From Candidatus Oxydemutatoraceae bacterium (GTDB lineage: Bacteria; Pseudomonadota; Gammaproteobacteria; Poriferisulfidales; Oxydemutatoraceae), in contig OZ244779.1 in assembly GCA_965219575.1 (NCBI GenBank), forward strand, positions 1,324,769 through 1,388,768: DNA of 64,000 nucleotides. The letters are read 5' to 3'. The notes under the pieces were generated by a model. That model worked only from the letters and a program-made list of their open reading frames with translations, made no database searches and was not told the DNA's origin. The position numbers were made by a program, and so were the translations under genes. Positions 50,842 to 60,143 of this stretch are shown here, one piece after another (within the stretch, counting starts at the first letter, position 1; the number at the start of each line of letters is the position of its first letter).

Positions 50842-51828
50842 TTAGGACGCAGATGCGCAACAATAATTCGGGTCAAACGGCTTCCTGTATCTGAGTATCC
50901 CGTAAATAATACGTGCCAGCTTATGGGCGCAAGCAACAATAATCTGCTTTTTAGTTAACTCCGGACGCCGCCGACTTAATTGGTCGGCAAAGGCACGGAT
51001 GATTGGGTTATGAACCCGTGCCGAGAGTGCCGCCATAAACAGCAGGGTGCGCAGTTCGGCATCGCCCATTTTAGAGATATGCGCCTTCGCCTCGTAGTTG
51101 CCGGACTGCCGGTGCCTTGGGTTGAGACCGACATAGACTGCGAATTGCTCTGCGTTATCAAATGTCTTATCATTGAAAACAGCACACAGGGCAATCGCTG
51201 TCTGAGTGCCGATGCCGGTAATGGAACACAGCAACTGCTTAAGCTCTGCGAGTTGCTCGTCTTGAGCGATAATTTGCTCCATTTCGGCATCCTGCTTAGC
51301 AATCTGTTTGTCAAAGTATCTCAGGTTCTCAGCTGCTCGTTTTTTTTGCCTTGCATCGCATAAGGTTTTCATACAATTACTTAACCCGGTATGATCTTTG
51401 ACTAATTGCCTGCGCACTTTTCGTGCATCTCTCAAGGCGAGTGCAGTCGGCGACGGCATTTGCCAATCTTTACCGTCAACAGCGAATGCGAACAGTGCGA
51501 TGAGCCGCGCATCATCGCGATCGGTTTTATTGTGCATACCAAGCGATTGGCGGAAGCCGGCAACCTGCGCCGGTCTGACAATCCTAATCGGATGTTGAGC
51601 CAGATAGCCGGCTTTGCACACGGCGAACTCAAAACCGCCGGTGGCTTCAACACAGATGCGACAGTGCGGTGCGCGGTGTTTGCTAGCCCAAGCTAACAGC
51701 TGCTTAATACCCTTGGCATCATTGCTGAATTGTGCCTCGGCAAAACTATTATCGGTGAATAATAGAGCGGCCTCTAAAGTGTCTTTAGAGACATCCACGC
51801 CGATTATGGCAGGGTGTTTGTTTTCCAT
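50842..51828 (-). CDS. IS110 recombinase (DEDD RuvC-like plus Tnp domain)
   Basis: GVDVSK, VEATG, KTDRDDA, RQSG; start MENK after GGAGG. Confidence 0.95.
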   Translation of the reverse strand: MENKHPAIIGVDVSKDTLEAALLFTDNSFAEAQFSNDAKGIKQLLAWASKHRAPHCRICVEATGGFEFAVCKAGYLAQHPIRIVRPAQVAGFRQSLGMHNKTDRDDARLIALFAFAVDGKDWQMPSPTALALRDARKVRRQLVKDHTGLSNCMKTLCDARQKKRAAENLRYFDKQIAKQDAEMEQIIAQDEQLAELKQLLCSITGIGTQTAIALCAVFNDKTFDNAEQFAVYVGLNPRHRQSGNYEAKAHISKMGDAELRTLLFMAALSARVHNPIIRAFADQLSRRRPELTKKQIIVACAHKLARIIYGILRYRKPFDPNYCCASAS

Positions 51829-51883
51829 AATAATATCCTCCATTATGGTTGTTCAGTGAATAAAATACTCGGTAGCCAGTTCA

Positions 51884-52082
51884 GGAAAGTATGACTACGC
51901 CGCCCACACAGGTAAATACGAGATCTAAAGTCTCAAGCTGCCTTCCGAGCTCTATAGTCATAGCGCCGGAGGAGTGCTTTTCATGCTAACAGGCTTTAAT
52001 GCCTCGTCCGTCCTGCGGCGTGTCTCCTCCGACTTCCTAGGTACTGCAACTACCTAAGCATTTATCTTATATAAATAAGCTA
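51884..52082 (-). ncRNA. Predicted bridge RNA, copy 1
   Basis: Two stem-internal-loop-hairpin units whose loops match the target REP and the donor junction (see findings); exact ends inferred. Confidence 0.85.
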
Positions 52083-52369
52083 GGGTTTAATATACCTGTC
52101 CGCCCGAAACGTATCATGTTTGCACGATTAACGCGTTCACCCATTAATACTATGGAAACCATTATTTGTTGGCGCAAGCGGTTACGGCCGTGCAGAACGG
52201 TATTTTAGGGCAGACATCAAAATTGCCGATTGACCTACCGGCTCAATCGGCGGCTTTATACTGCCCCTACGAATCGGTGGTTATTATAAATTCATGGCGC
52301 AAGCGGTTACGGTTGCACGCTGACGATACTTTTTCAACAGCCCCAAATAACCATCATACACCACCGAAA

Positions 52370-53554
52370 TTAAGCCAATACCCGCATGTATTCTTCGGGA
52401 CTGATAATACCCAGCTGTAACAATTCCATACCCGCTTGCCGTAGGGTTGTGGTGCAGTGTTTTTTTAATTGTATATCGGCAGTCGCCGGCGAATCGGTGT
52501 AATTCGATATGAGGTGACCGAGTTCGTCGTCTACTACCAGCATTTCGTATACGGCTTGTCTACCGGAGAAACCGGTATAACGACAGTGTTCGCATCCGCG
52601 ACCGTGATATAACTGCGCCGGCCCTTTGCCGTTGACTTTGGACTGCCAAGCTGTCGGTATCGTGCGGCAGGGTGCTTTGCAATGCAGACATATTTTTCTA
52701 AGTAGACGCTGACAGACGATAAGATTGACGGCAGCACCTATCAAATAAGCGGGTAATCCGATATTAATAAGTCGTGCGATAGTGCCGGTGATATTTCGAG
52801 TGTGCAAGGTGCTCATGACGAGATGCCCGGTTAGTGCGGCTTTGATCGCGATATCGGCAGTTTCGAAGTCGCGCATTTCACCGACCAAAATAACCTCCGG
52901 ATCTTGGCGTAAAAAAGCTCGCAGTATATCGGCAAAATTCAGACCGATTGCTTCTTTGACTTCGACCTGATTGATACCGTCGATTTTGTATTCAACCGGG
53001 TCTTCGGCAGTAAGAATGTTGATACCGGACCGATTGATTGCGTGTATGCCGGCATATAAGGTTGTCGTTTTGCCGCTGCCGGTAGGTCCGGTGACCAGTA
53101 GCATACCTTGATTACTTTTTAGTGCTTGTTGCATCAAACTTAGGTGTTGTTCGTCCATACCGAGCGCATCCAAGCGCGGCGTAAAGCCGCCGCTGTCGAG
53201 CAACCGCAATACGACACACTCGCCGGATATGGACGGCACGATAGAAACACGAATATCAACGGAAGTATTATCGTCGTTAAAGGAAAAGCGACCGTCTTGA
53301 GGCAACCTACGTTCGGCAATATCCAGTCCGGCGAGCAGTTTGATTCTCGATACGATACCGGCGTACTGCACTTGCATAAAATCGTCGGTTGTCACTTCTT
53401 GTAGCACGCCGTCCAGCCTATAGCGCAATCGGCTACCGGCGTCGTATCGCGCTATGTGTATATCGCTGGCGTTATAGCTTAGAGCTTGGCGGAGCATCGC
53501 TTCGACGAAGTAGATGACCTCGGTATATCCGTCTAGTGTCAGATGCTTATTCAT
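52370..53554 (-). CDS. GspE/PilB-family assembly ATPase (short N-terminus)
   Basis: ASDIH, RLPQDGR, GPTGSGKTT, LRQDPEVILVGEMRD, CxxC..CxxC. Confidence 0.92.
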   Translation of the reverse strand: MNKHLTLDGYTEVIYFVEAMLRQALSYNASDIHIARYDAGSRLRYRLDGVLQEVTTDDFMQVQYAGIVSRIKLLAGLDIAERRLPQDGRFSFNDDNTSVDIRVSIVPSISGECVVLRLLDSGGFTPRLDALGMDEQHLSLMQQALKSNQGMLLVTGPTGSGKTTTLYAGIHAINRSGINILTAEDPVEYKIDGINQVEVKEAIGLNFADILRAFLRQDPEVILVGEMRDFETADIAIKAALTGHLVMSTLHTRNITGTIARLINIGLPAYLIGAAVNLIVCQRLLRKICLHCKAPCRTIPTAWQSKVNGKGPAQLYHGRGCEHCRYTGFSGRQAVYEMLVVDDELGHLISNYTDSPATADIQLKKHCTTTLRQAGMELLQLGIISPEEYMRVLA

Positions 53555-54996
53555 ACGATTTGCGGTGCGATGAAGACCATCAATTCCTTGACATCGCCTT
53601 CGCGTCTTCTATATCGGAACCAATCACCGATAAACGGCAGGTGGGTGATAAAAGGCATGCCTTCGAATGCTCGCACTTGTTGTTTGAGATAGATGCCGCC
53701 GATGACGACCACATCGCCGCTACGTACCAACAAACGACTCGTTAGCTCGCGACGGGTGATCGGCGGGTTTTGTAGCCGAGTATCTACGGTATCTTTGTTG
53801 ATTGCCAAATCCAGCATTAGATGTTGTTCGTTGACGATACTCGGGGTGACCGCGAGTTTGAGTCCCGCTTGTTTGAATTCGGTCTGTGTGCCGCTGTCGG
53901 AAACCGTTTGATAGGGCACTTCGCTGCCTTCGAATATCATTGCCGATTGATTATCCAATGTGAATATCTTGGGGTTCGATATGAGGCGACTCTTGCCGGC
54001 TTTTTCCAGGGCACTCAGTTCTACGCGTATACGCGCGCTACCGAAAGTCAAACCCAACCCGCCGCTAGCTCCGGCAACCGGCACATTAAGATAAGGTCCG
54101 TTAATGTTGTCGGTGCTGAAAATACCGTCTCTGTGTCTGCCCAAACGCGCGCCCAATGCGCGAGTGAAATCCTCGCCGGCTTCTACGATAAACGCCTCTA
54201 TCATCACTTGCCGTTGCGGCACATCTATCGTGCCTATCAGCGAGGCAGCCAGTTCTATGGCTTGTCGGTCACCCTGCACAATCAAAGAATGACTGCTTTT
54301 ATCGCCGACCACCGAGCTTTTGATTGCCGGTGCATTGCCGGTGTTGCTCTGTTTTTGTTGCTCACCCAATAGAGATTTTAATAGCGTTGCCATTTTCTCC
54401 GCATCGGTATAACGCAGTTTGAATAGTTCAACATTATGTGCTTTTGCAGATTGCCCGTTCATTCGTGTGCTTGTATTTTTTTGCTTGCCGGTGTTTTTAT
54501 AAATCTGAATTAGTTTTTTAGCTGCGTGTTCGTCGACACTCAGTCCCTGCAATTCGGCAATGCTATGTAGCGCATCACGCCAATCGATCCGATTGAGACT
54601 GTAATTGACGGTGCCGTTTATATCGGGTGCGATCAAAATATTATGACCGCTTAGATCGGACAACATAGACGCAAAGACGCGCAGCGGTACGTCGACCAAC
54701 CTCAGACTCAGCATCATGGGTTCTGTTGCGGCAGGTTCATGTGACGATAAAGGTTCGGATAATAACGGGATACGCCGTTGTCGATAGGGTATTACGGGAG
54801 TTCGTATCGGTGGCGACGGTGGAGCAGTGGTTTGATGCCGATCGATAAAGGCTTGTTGATCTATCAAAGGTTTATCCGAAGGTGTTACCGGCTTTTCGAA
54901 GTAAGCGCAAGCCGATAGTAGCGTGGTAGCGATTACCGAGAAACAAAATATACAAGCGATTTTCATTACATCGTTCATTGCAGTAGCGGTAGCCAA
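53551..54996 (-). CDS. Secretin, PilQ-like (lipoprotein)
   Basis: Lipobox LLSAC; IDVPQRQVMIEAFIVE, LSALE..ISNPKIFTLDN, ELMVFIAPQI. Confidence 0.88.
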   Translation of the reverse strand: MATATAMNDVMKIACIFCFSVIATTLLSACAYFEKPVTPSDKPLIDQQAFIDRHQTTAPPSPPIRTPVIPYRQRRIPLLSEPLSSHEPAATEPMMLSLRLVDVPLRVFASMLSDLSGHNILIAPDINGTVNYSLNRIDWRDALHSIAELQGLSVDEHAAKKLIQIYKNTGKQKNTSTRMNGQSAKAHNVELFKLRYTDAEKMATLLKSLLGEQQKQSNTGNAPAIKSSVVGDKSSHSLIVQGDRQAIELAASLIGTIDVPQRQVMIEAFIVEAGEDFTRALGARLGRHRDGIFSTDNINGPYLNVPVAGASGGLGLTFGSARIRVELSALEKAGKSRLISNPKIFTLDNQSAMIFEGSEVPYQTVSDSGTQTEFKQAGLKLAVTPSIVNEQHLMLDLAINKDTVDTRLQNPPITRRELTSRLLVRSGDVVVIGGIYLKQQVRAFEGMPFITHLPFIGDWFRYRRREGDVKELMVFIAPQIV

Positions 54997-55331
54997 GACA
55001 AAGTGTTCTGTATCTCTATCTGAATACCTTTGGTTGTGATTTGTCGAATGATCGCTTGCTCTTGTCCTAACTGCGCGCGCACTTGCAACCTATGCCAAGT
55101 ATTGCGTGGCGAATAAACAACTGCTACCGCGTTGTCCGCCGCCACGATAACGCCGTGCACAACATACTGTGCTACCGGATAAGCCGTGAGTGGATCGATT
55201 TGCCGTTGTTGCGGTTTTTCCGGCTGCGAGAGTTTTTCGCGAGTCTGAAAATGATTGTCGCTTATAATATCTTTCGTGTCTTCCGCACTTGCAAACGGAG
55301 CGGTCAGACAGAGTAGGCATAGCAACCACAT
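54975..55331 (-). CDS. PilP-like protein
   Basis: Signal peptide MWLLCLLCLTAPFASA; DPLTAYPV..G..A.V; position between pilO-like and secretin genes. Confidence 0.6.
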   Translation of the reverse strand: MWLLCLLCLTAPFASAEDTKDIISDNHFQTREKLSQPEKPQQRQIDPLTAYPVAQYVVHGVIVAADNAVAVVYSPRNTWHRLQVRAQLGQEQAIIRQITTKGIQIEIQNTLSWLPLLQ

Positions 55332-55339
55332 AACCACCG

Positions 55340-55366
55340 GTAGGGGCGGACTAACATGTCCGCCCT
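55340..55366. repeat. REP palindrome (empty IS110-type target)
   Basis: GTAGGGGCGGACTAACATGTCCGCCC. Confidence 0.85.
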
Positions 55367-55463
55367 TAAACAACCATCTCTGCACAAACAACGTGTTTAT
55401 CCATCGATTCATGGTGACTGACGATGGAATTATCTTATATCGTAATCTTACAAACATAATTCC

Positions 55464-56126
55464 TCATAAAGTAACTTCTTTGGGTTGATATACGCTGAGA
55501 TCAACGACGATATCGAGTTGTAGTTCCTCTTTCGTCGATAGATATTCACGCTCCATTTGCGTCAAAGGGCTGAGCTCCCAGAGTGCTTTTTTGAATCTAA
55601 GATAATCGCTGAATTGCCCTCGCAGATGCCACGAATAGTGAGTTGCCGTGAACTGTTCGGTGAATTGAGAGGATATTCGGTGGTCGTTTATGGTGTTCGT
55701 TGTCACGACTATCAGCCGATGATCGTGCGCCATGCGATGTAGATCTATCGCGTTGTGTTGTAGCGTTGCATTATGCAGGGAAACCAACAAAGGATCGGTC
55801 TCCAGTTCGGTGAATGTTGCATGCGCGCCTCGGTACATCTGATCTAGTTGTGCAACTTGCCGCTCCAATAAAGGGATGGATGCAAGCTGTGCCCTACTCG
55901 TCGCATAGTTCACGGTTGTCGGATATACAAAGACCACAAAACAAATACAAGGAACAATCAGCGAGAGTACGAGAGAAGCATAAACGATAAATCGATACAA
56001 ATCGTTCGGGTTGTACAAGCGATCGTCGGAACGATTGAAATATCTATAGACGCGATATGCGAGTGTACTAAGCCTATCGCTGTTGCCGATGTTATCGTTT
56101 ATAGCATTTTCGGTCTGCGCGGTCAT
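55464..56126 (-). CDS. PilO-like membrane protein
   Basis: TM helix, coiled coil, LRGQFSDYLRF; gene order. Confidence 0.55.
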   Translation of the reverse strand: MTAQTENAINDNIGNSDRLSTLAYRVYRYFNRSDDRLYNPNDLYRFIVYASLVLSLIVPCICFVVFVYPTTVNYATSRAQLASIPLLERQVAQLDQMYRGAHATFTELETDPLLVSLHNATLQHNAIDLHRMAHDHRLIVVTTNTINDHRISSQFTEQFTATHYSWHLRGQFSDYLRFKKALWELSPLTQMEREYLSTKEELQLDIVVDLSVYQPKEVTL

Positions 56127-57604
56127 TCGTCTATTCCGTTATTGAGCTTGCAGCTAAGCGTGAATTGCATTGCGCCGGAATGTTCTTGTATCGTTTGACT
56201 GCTGTCTATAGCGACCTCGTGAATCATATCCAGTTGCTCCAGTTGTTCTACAAAAACGATGAGTTGTCCATAATCCCCTGCTACGGCGGTTATCAAACAG
56301 CTACTTTGCCATCGGCAATCTATACTCTCTATCTTGACCGACGAAGGGATGACGGCACCCAAATGCGCCCATAGAGCCATTGCCGAATGGTGTTGCGTTG
56401 ATAAAAATTGCATCTGTGCCTGCATCTGTCGTCGCCGTTCGGTGCGTTGCCTTAGAGCATCGAGTTTGTTTTTATATTCGTCTTGCTGTGTCGATAATTG
56501 TGTTTGATAGAGGCGTTGAGCATGCTGTGTGGCATCCAAGGCGACTATATGCTGATAATAAAAGAATAGTATTGCCGAGATAATCGTTGAAAATATCCAG
56601 CAAACGGTACTCTTGTAATACTCATTGCGGTGATTGTGGATGAAGTTGGCTTGGGTTTTGAAAGTTGCTGCATCCGATGCCAGCCAATACGCCAGCGCAA
56701 TCGGTGCCGACATCGTGGCGCAATTGTCTTTTGTTTGTGACGACGGCTTTATGTTCTTAGCGATATCCAAAGGCTTTAATACAATATCGTTCAATGACGA
56801 TTCTAGTCGTGTAGCCGTTTGCCGATTCAGATTGCCGATTAGATATAGGGTATGGTTGTCGCCTTGTTCGCTACGCAAGCGTTCGTGCAAAGACTCCGAT
56901 AAATGTTGCAAAGCGATCGCTGTTTGTTTTTCGTTGCAAGCTACATTAGTATCGGACGATGCGCATAGATTTTTATGGTCGTGATCGGAGACTATCGTCC
57001 GATGCGAGAATACATTGACTCCCAGGTGTGCTAGATACGCCTCGTATTCGTTGACAACCAATAGACGACGGGCGGGTTGCTTGTGTTGTACGCCGTAATA
57101 TACCAACGAGGAAAGCGTCAATACATTAAGCGATAGCCGGGTGCGCGCAAATACCGCCTTATAGAAAGCAAGTGCGGTATTGGGTACCGCCATCAGGTAG
57201 ATCGATAAACGGTATCGCTGTTTATCGTGTATCGTCGTCAATTGGGTATAACTATAATCGTCGTTTCCGACTCCCAAGTGTTTGTGCCAGAAATGTCTGC
57301 TCGATAACATGCGCGACAATGCTCTCCGTCCTATCAAAGGCAACGCAACACATTTTGATTTAGCACGCGCAGCCGGTAATGTCGCAATAGCAAAGCCCAA
57401 CTGTATGTTGTTTTGTACACATAAATCGTTCAGTGCATCGCCACATTCTTTAGGATGTTCGTACAAATCGTCGAAATCGCGATAAGGCAATCGCACCGCA
57501 CCGGTTGCCGTTAAATGCAATACACCGTTGCGGCGAGATAGGCTCGCAACACGCAATACCGACGGAGATATTTCTACCCCGATACTGTTTCTATGGATAT
57601 TCAT
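56123..57604 (-). CDS. PilM-PilN-like fusion protein
   Basis: N-terminal IGVEISPSVLRV (PilM-like), then TM helix, coiled coil and LGAVIPSSVKIESI (PilN-like). Confidence 0.6.
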   Translation of the reverse strand: MNIHRNSIGVEISPSVLRVASLSRRNGVLHLTATGAVRLPYRDFDDLYEHPKECGDALNDLCVQNNIQLGFAIATLPAARAKSKCVALPLIGRRALSRMLSSRHFWHKHLGVGNDDYSYTQLTTIHDKQRYRLSIYLMAVPNTALAFYKAVFARTRLSLNVLTLSSLVYYGVQHKQPARRLLVVNEYEAYLAHLGVNVFSHRTIVSDHDHKNLCASSDTNVACNEKQTAIALQHLSESLHERLRSEQGDNHTLYLIGNLNRQTATRLESSLNDIVLKPLDIAKNIKPSSQTKDNCATMSAPIALAYWLASDAATFKTQANFIHNHRNEYYKSTVCWIFSTIISAILFFYYQHIVALDATQHAQRLYQTQLSTQQDEYKNKLDALRQRTERRRQMQAQMQFLSTQHHSAMALWAHLGAVIPSSVKIESIDCRWQSSCLITAVAGDYGQLIVFVEQLEQLDMIHEVAIDSSQTIQEHSGAMQFTLSCKLNNGIDE

Positions 57605-57735
57605 AAATCACCTGTATCCAGCATAAAACATCGAATAGGGGCGATGGAGTGCAAACGGATTAAATGCACCAAATAACCGACGAAGTGTATACGAGGTAGG
57701 TAAAATAAGGCTTTCAGCCGAAGTGTTTCGACCGA

Positions 57736-57822
57736 TGGTACCGAGGGTGGGACTCGAACCCACACGGGTTTAACCCCACTGGATTTTGAGTCCAGCGCGT
57801 CTACCTGTTTCGCCACCTCGGC
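57736..57822 (-). tRNA. tRNA-Leu(CAA)
   Basis: GCCGAGG/CCTCGGT-ACCA; anticodon arm CTGGA-CTCAAAA-TCCAG; long variable arm. Confidence 0.96.
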
Positions 57823-57975
57823 AGTAAGGCTACATTATAGACTAATCTATCTTATCCATACGATAGTCCCATACCACTCCTTTGGAGGGGTAGCAGACGA
57901 AGCCTAAAAGACTTTGCATTCATCGATGTATGCAAACCACTTCATATATAATGGTATCTTCTATAGTTTTGTATC

Positions 57976-58968
57976 ATGCCTGTTTCTTCCATCGAAAAAA
58001 TCAACATCAGCACGCCGGCGAGATTACATCTGGGGTTTATAGACTTGCATGGCGGTGTCGGACGCAAATTCGGGAGTGTCGGCATTGCATTGGATACGCC
58101 GAGATTGGAACTTGAGATTGTGCCTGCCGAGTCACTCAATATATACGGTGCGGACACTGTGCGCATCACTCAATTAGTGAAGACTTTTGATGCGCATTAC
58201 AAGGTTGAGAGCCGTTGTAGTATTCATCTAAAGCAGACTATTCCTGTGCATCAAGGACTCGGTTCGGGAACCCAGACGGCGTTGGCGGTAGGGCAAGGCT
58301 TGGCGAGCCTGCATGGTTTGACATTGGCGCATACCGAAATCGCATCCTGTTTGGCGCGCGGTCGGCGTTCGGGTATAGGAATTTATGCTTTTGATCGCGG
58401 GGGTGTTTTGGTTGATGCCGGCGTTAAGGACGACAAGTTACCGACTTTGCTTTTTCATCGTCCTTTTCCGAGCGCATGGCGCATTTTATTGATTATGACT
58501 CGAGGGCAAGATGGTTTGCACGGTGCGGGTGAGCATAACGCATTTGCGCGCTTGCCACAATTTTCTAAATTGTGTGCCGCTGCTTTGAGCCGCACGGTGC
58601 TTATGCAATTAATGCCGGCGGTGGTGGAGCAGGACTTTGCTAGCTTCGCCCAAGCGGTGTACAAATTGCAAGCAACGATGAAGGATTATTTCTCGTCGGT
58701 GGAGGAACAAAAAATATCGCGCTTTAATTCTATGAAACTATTGGAATATTTGGACAAACAGGGTATAAAAGGCATTGGTCAAACCTCGTGGGGGCCGACC
58801 GCTTTTGCGATAACGGAAAATCAGGCACAGGCGGAAGCCTTAAAAGCCGAATTAAAAGATTATATGCGATCTCACGCTACCGAAACCGAGGCTTTCGAAG
58901 ATATGGAGAAAATAGATTTTCTTATCGTCAAAGGAGACAATAAAGGTGCAGTGATCGTTTTAGATTAA
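57976..58968 (+). CDS. mptG: Beta-ribofuranosylaminobenzene 5'-phosphate synthase family (methanopterin biosynthesis)
   Basis: PARLHLGF, HQGLGSGTQ, RGRRSGIG, GQTSWGPT. Confidence 0.88.
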   Translation: MPVSSIEKINISTPARLHLGFIDLHGGVGRKFGSVGIALDTPRLELEIVPAESLNIYGADTVRITQLVKTFDAHYKVESRCSIHLKQTIPVHQGLGSGTQTALAVGQGLASLHGLTLAHTEIASCLARGRRSGIGIYAFDRGGVLVDAGVKDDKLPTLLFHRPFPSAWRILLIMTRGQDGLHGAGEHNAFARLPQFSKLCAAALSRTVLMQLMPAVVEQDFASFAQAVYKLQATMKDYFSSVEEQKISRFNSMKLLEYLDKQGIKGIGQTSWGPTAFAITENQAQAEALKAELKDYMRSHATETEAFEDMEKIDFLIVKGDNKGAVIVLD

Positions 58969-58983
58969 CAACAAACTATAGGA

Positions 58984-59898
58984 ATGACAATGGAAAAACC
59001 TTATATATTACATATGCTGACTTCGGCTCCGAATCTAAGCCCTTTTGATGTCAACATGGCGATGGATGCGGGGTGGGATGCAGTAATTCCATACACTAAT
59101 TTAGATCTCTCGGATGTGCAGGCACTCGTGCAAGATGCAATTTTTTCGAGGGGTCCATCGGGTGTCAAACGTACCGGTTTATTCATAGGCGGGCGGGATA
59201 TGACGCTCGCATTACAGATGCTGGAGTCGGCACACAAGGCAATGGTGCCGCCCTTTGAAGTCTCGGCGATGGCCGACCCCAGTGGTGCATTTACCACCGC
59301 TGCCGGCATGATTGCTGCGGTCGGCGGTAAACTCAAGCGCATACACCGAAGCGACTGGCAAGGGTGTCGTGCAATGGTGCTGGGTGGTACCGGTCCGGTC
59401 GGCATGGTTGCTGCGATACTGGCAACCGAATTAGGTGCGCAAGTAACGCTGATGAGCCGTCAACGTTCCAAAGCCGAAGGTATCGTCGAGAATTGCCGCA
59501 AGCTGTGCAAAAGCAACGCCGAGCAACTGCATCCGGCGGGCAACGACGAGAAAGCAAGTTTATTGGATCAAACAGAGGTAATACTGGCAACTGCAGCCGC
59601 CGGCATCCAAATGATGGACGCAGACGAAATAGCGTCGGCAAGCGCGCTTAAGGTTGCTGCCGATGTGAATGCGGTACCGCCATCCGGTATTCATAGCCTC
59701 GATGTTATGCACGACGGCAATCCTTTGCAAGGTTCCAAATCGGGTGCGGTGGGAATCGGTGCGTTGGCAATCGGAAACATCAAGTATCAAGCCCAGCACC
59801 GCTTACTGAAGCAAATGTACGAAACGGATAAGCCGGTCTATCTACACTACGAACACGCGTGCGAATCGGCTCAAGATTATATGGATGAACGAGCGTAG
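58984..59898 (+). CDS. mtdB: Methylene-H4MPT dehydrogenase
   Basis: SPFDVNMAMDAG, QDAIFSRGP, DPSGAFTTAA, DVNAVPPSG. Confidence 0.9.
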   Translation: MTMEKPYILHMLTSAPNLSPFDVNMAMDAGWDAVIPYTNLDLSDVQALVQDAIFSRGPSGVKRTGLFIGGRDMTLALQMLESAHKAMVPPFEVSAMADPSGAFTTAAGMIAAVGGKLKRIHRSDWQGCRAMVLGGTGPVGMVAAILATELGAQVTLMSRQRSKAEGIVENCRKLCKSNAEQLHPAGNDEKASLLDQTEVILATAAAGIQMMDADEIASASALKVAADVNAVPPSGIHSLDVMHDGNPLQGSKSGAVGIGALAIGNIKYQAQHRLLKQMYETDKPVYLHYEHACESAQDYMDERA

Positions 59899-60143
59899 CA
59901 CTGCCGGTTAAGCCGAAAGAGGGGGTAGGGGGCTGTTGAAAATGTATTTCATACATCGTTGGCGTACCATTCCCCTCCAGAGGAGGGGAATGTACCGGCA
60001 CTATGCTCTTGCAGATATGACGGGGCTGTTGAAAAAATATCCACGAACCGTAGGGGCGGACTAGCATGATGCCTTATTAAAAATCAAGTCGTTTTATTCG
60101 TTTTTTATCTCCTTTTGTGAGTATTGATTTAGGACACAGATGC

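Larger units (their letters stand above)
50772..52098 (-). mobile_element. IS110-family element, copy 1
   Basis: No TIRs; flanked by core TG (50770-50771, 52097-52098) inside REP GGGCGGACTAGCA-TG-TCCGCCC. Confidence 0.92.
50684..52344. mobile_element. MITE-like modular repeat interrupted by IS110 copy 1
   Basis: TIRs at 50684 and 52344; REP split at 50771/52098. Confidence 0.8.

Noticed and set aside
49841-57822. Prophage or island integrated at tRNA-Leu
   Set aside because: No integrase, no duplicated tRNA 3' end seen, only one phage-like fragment
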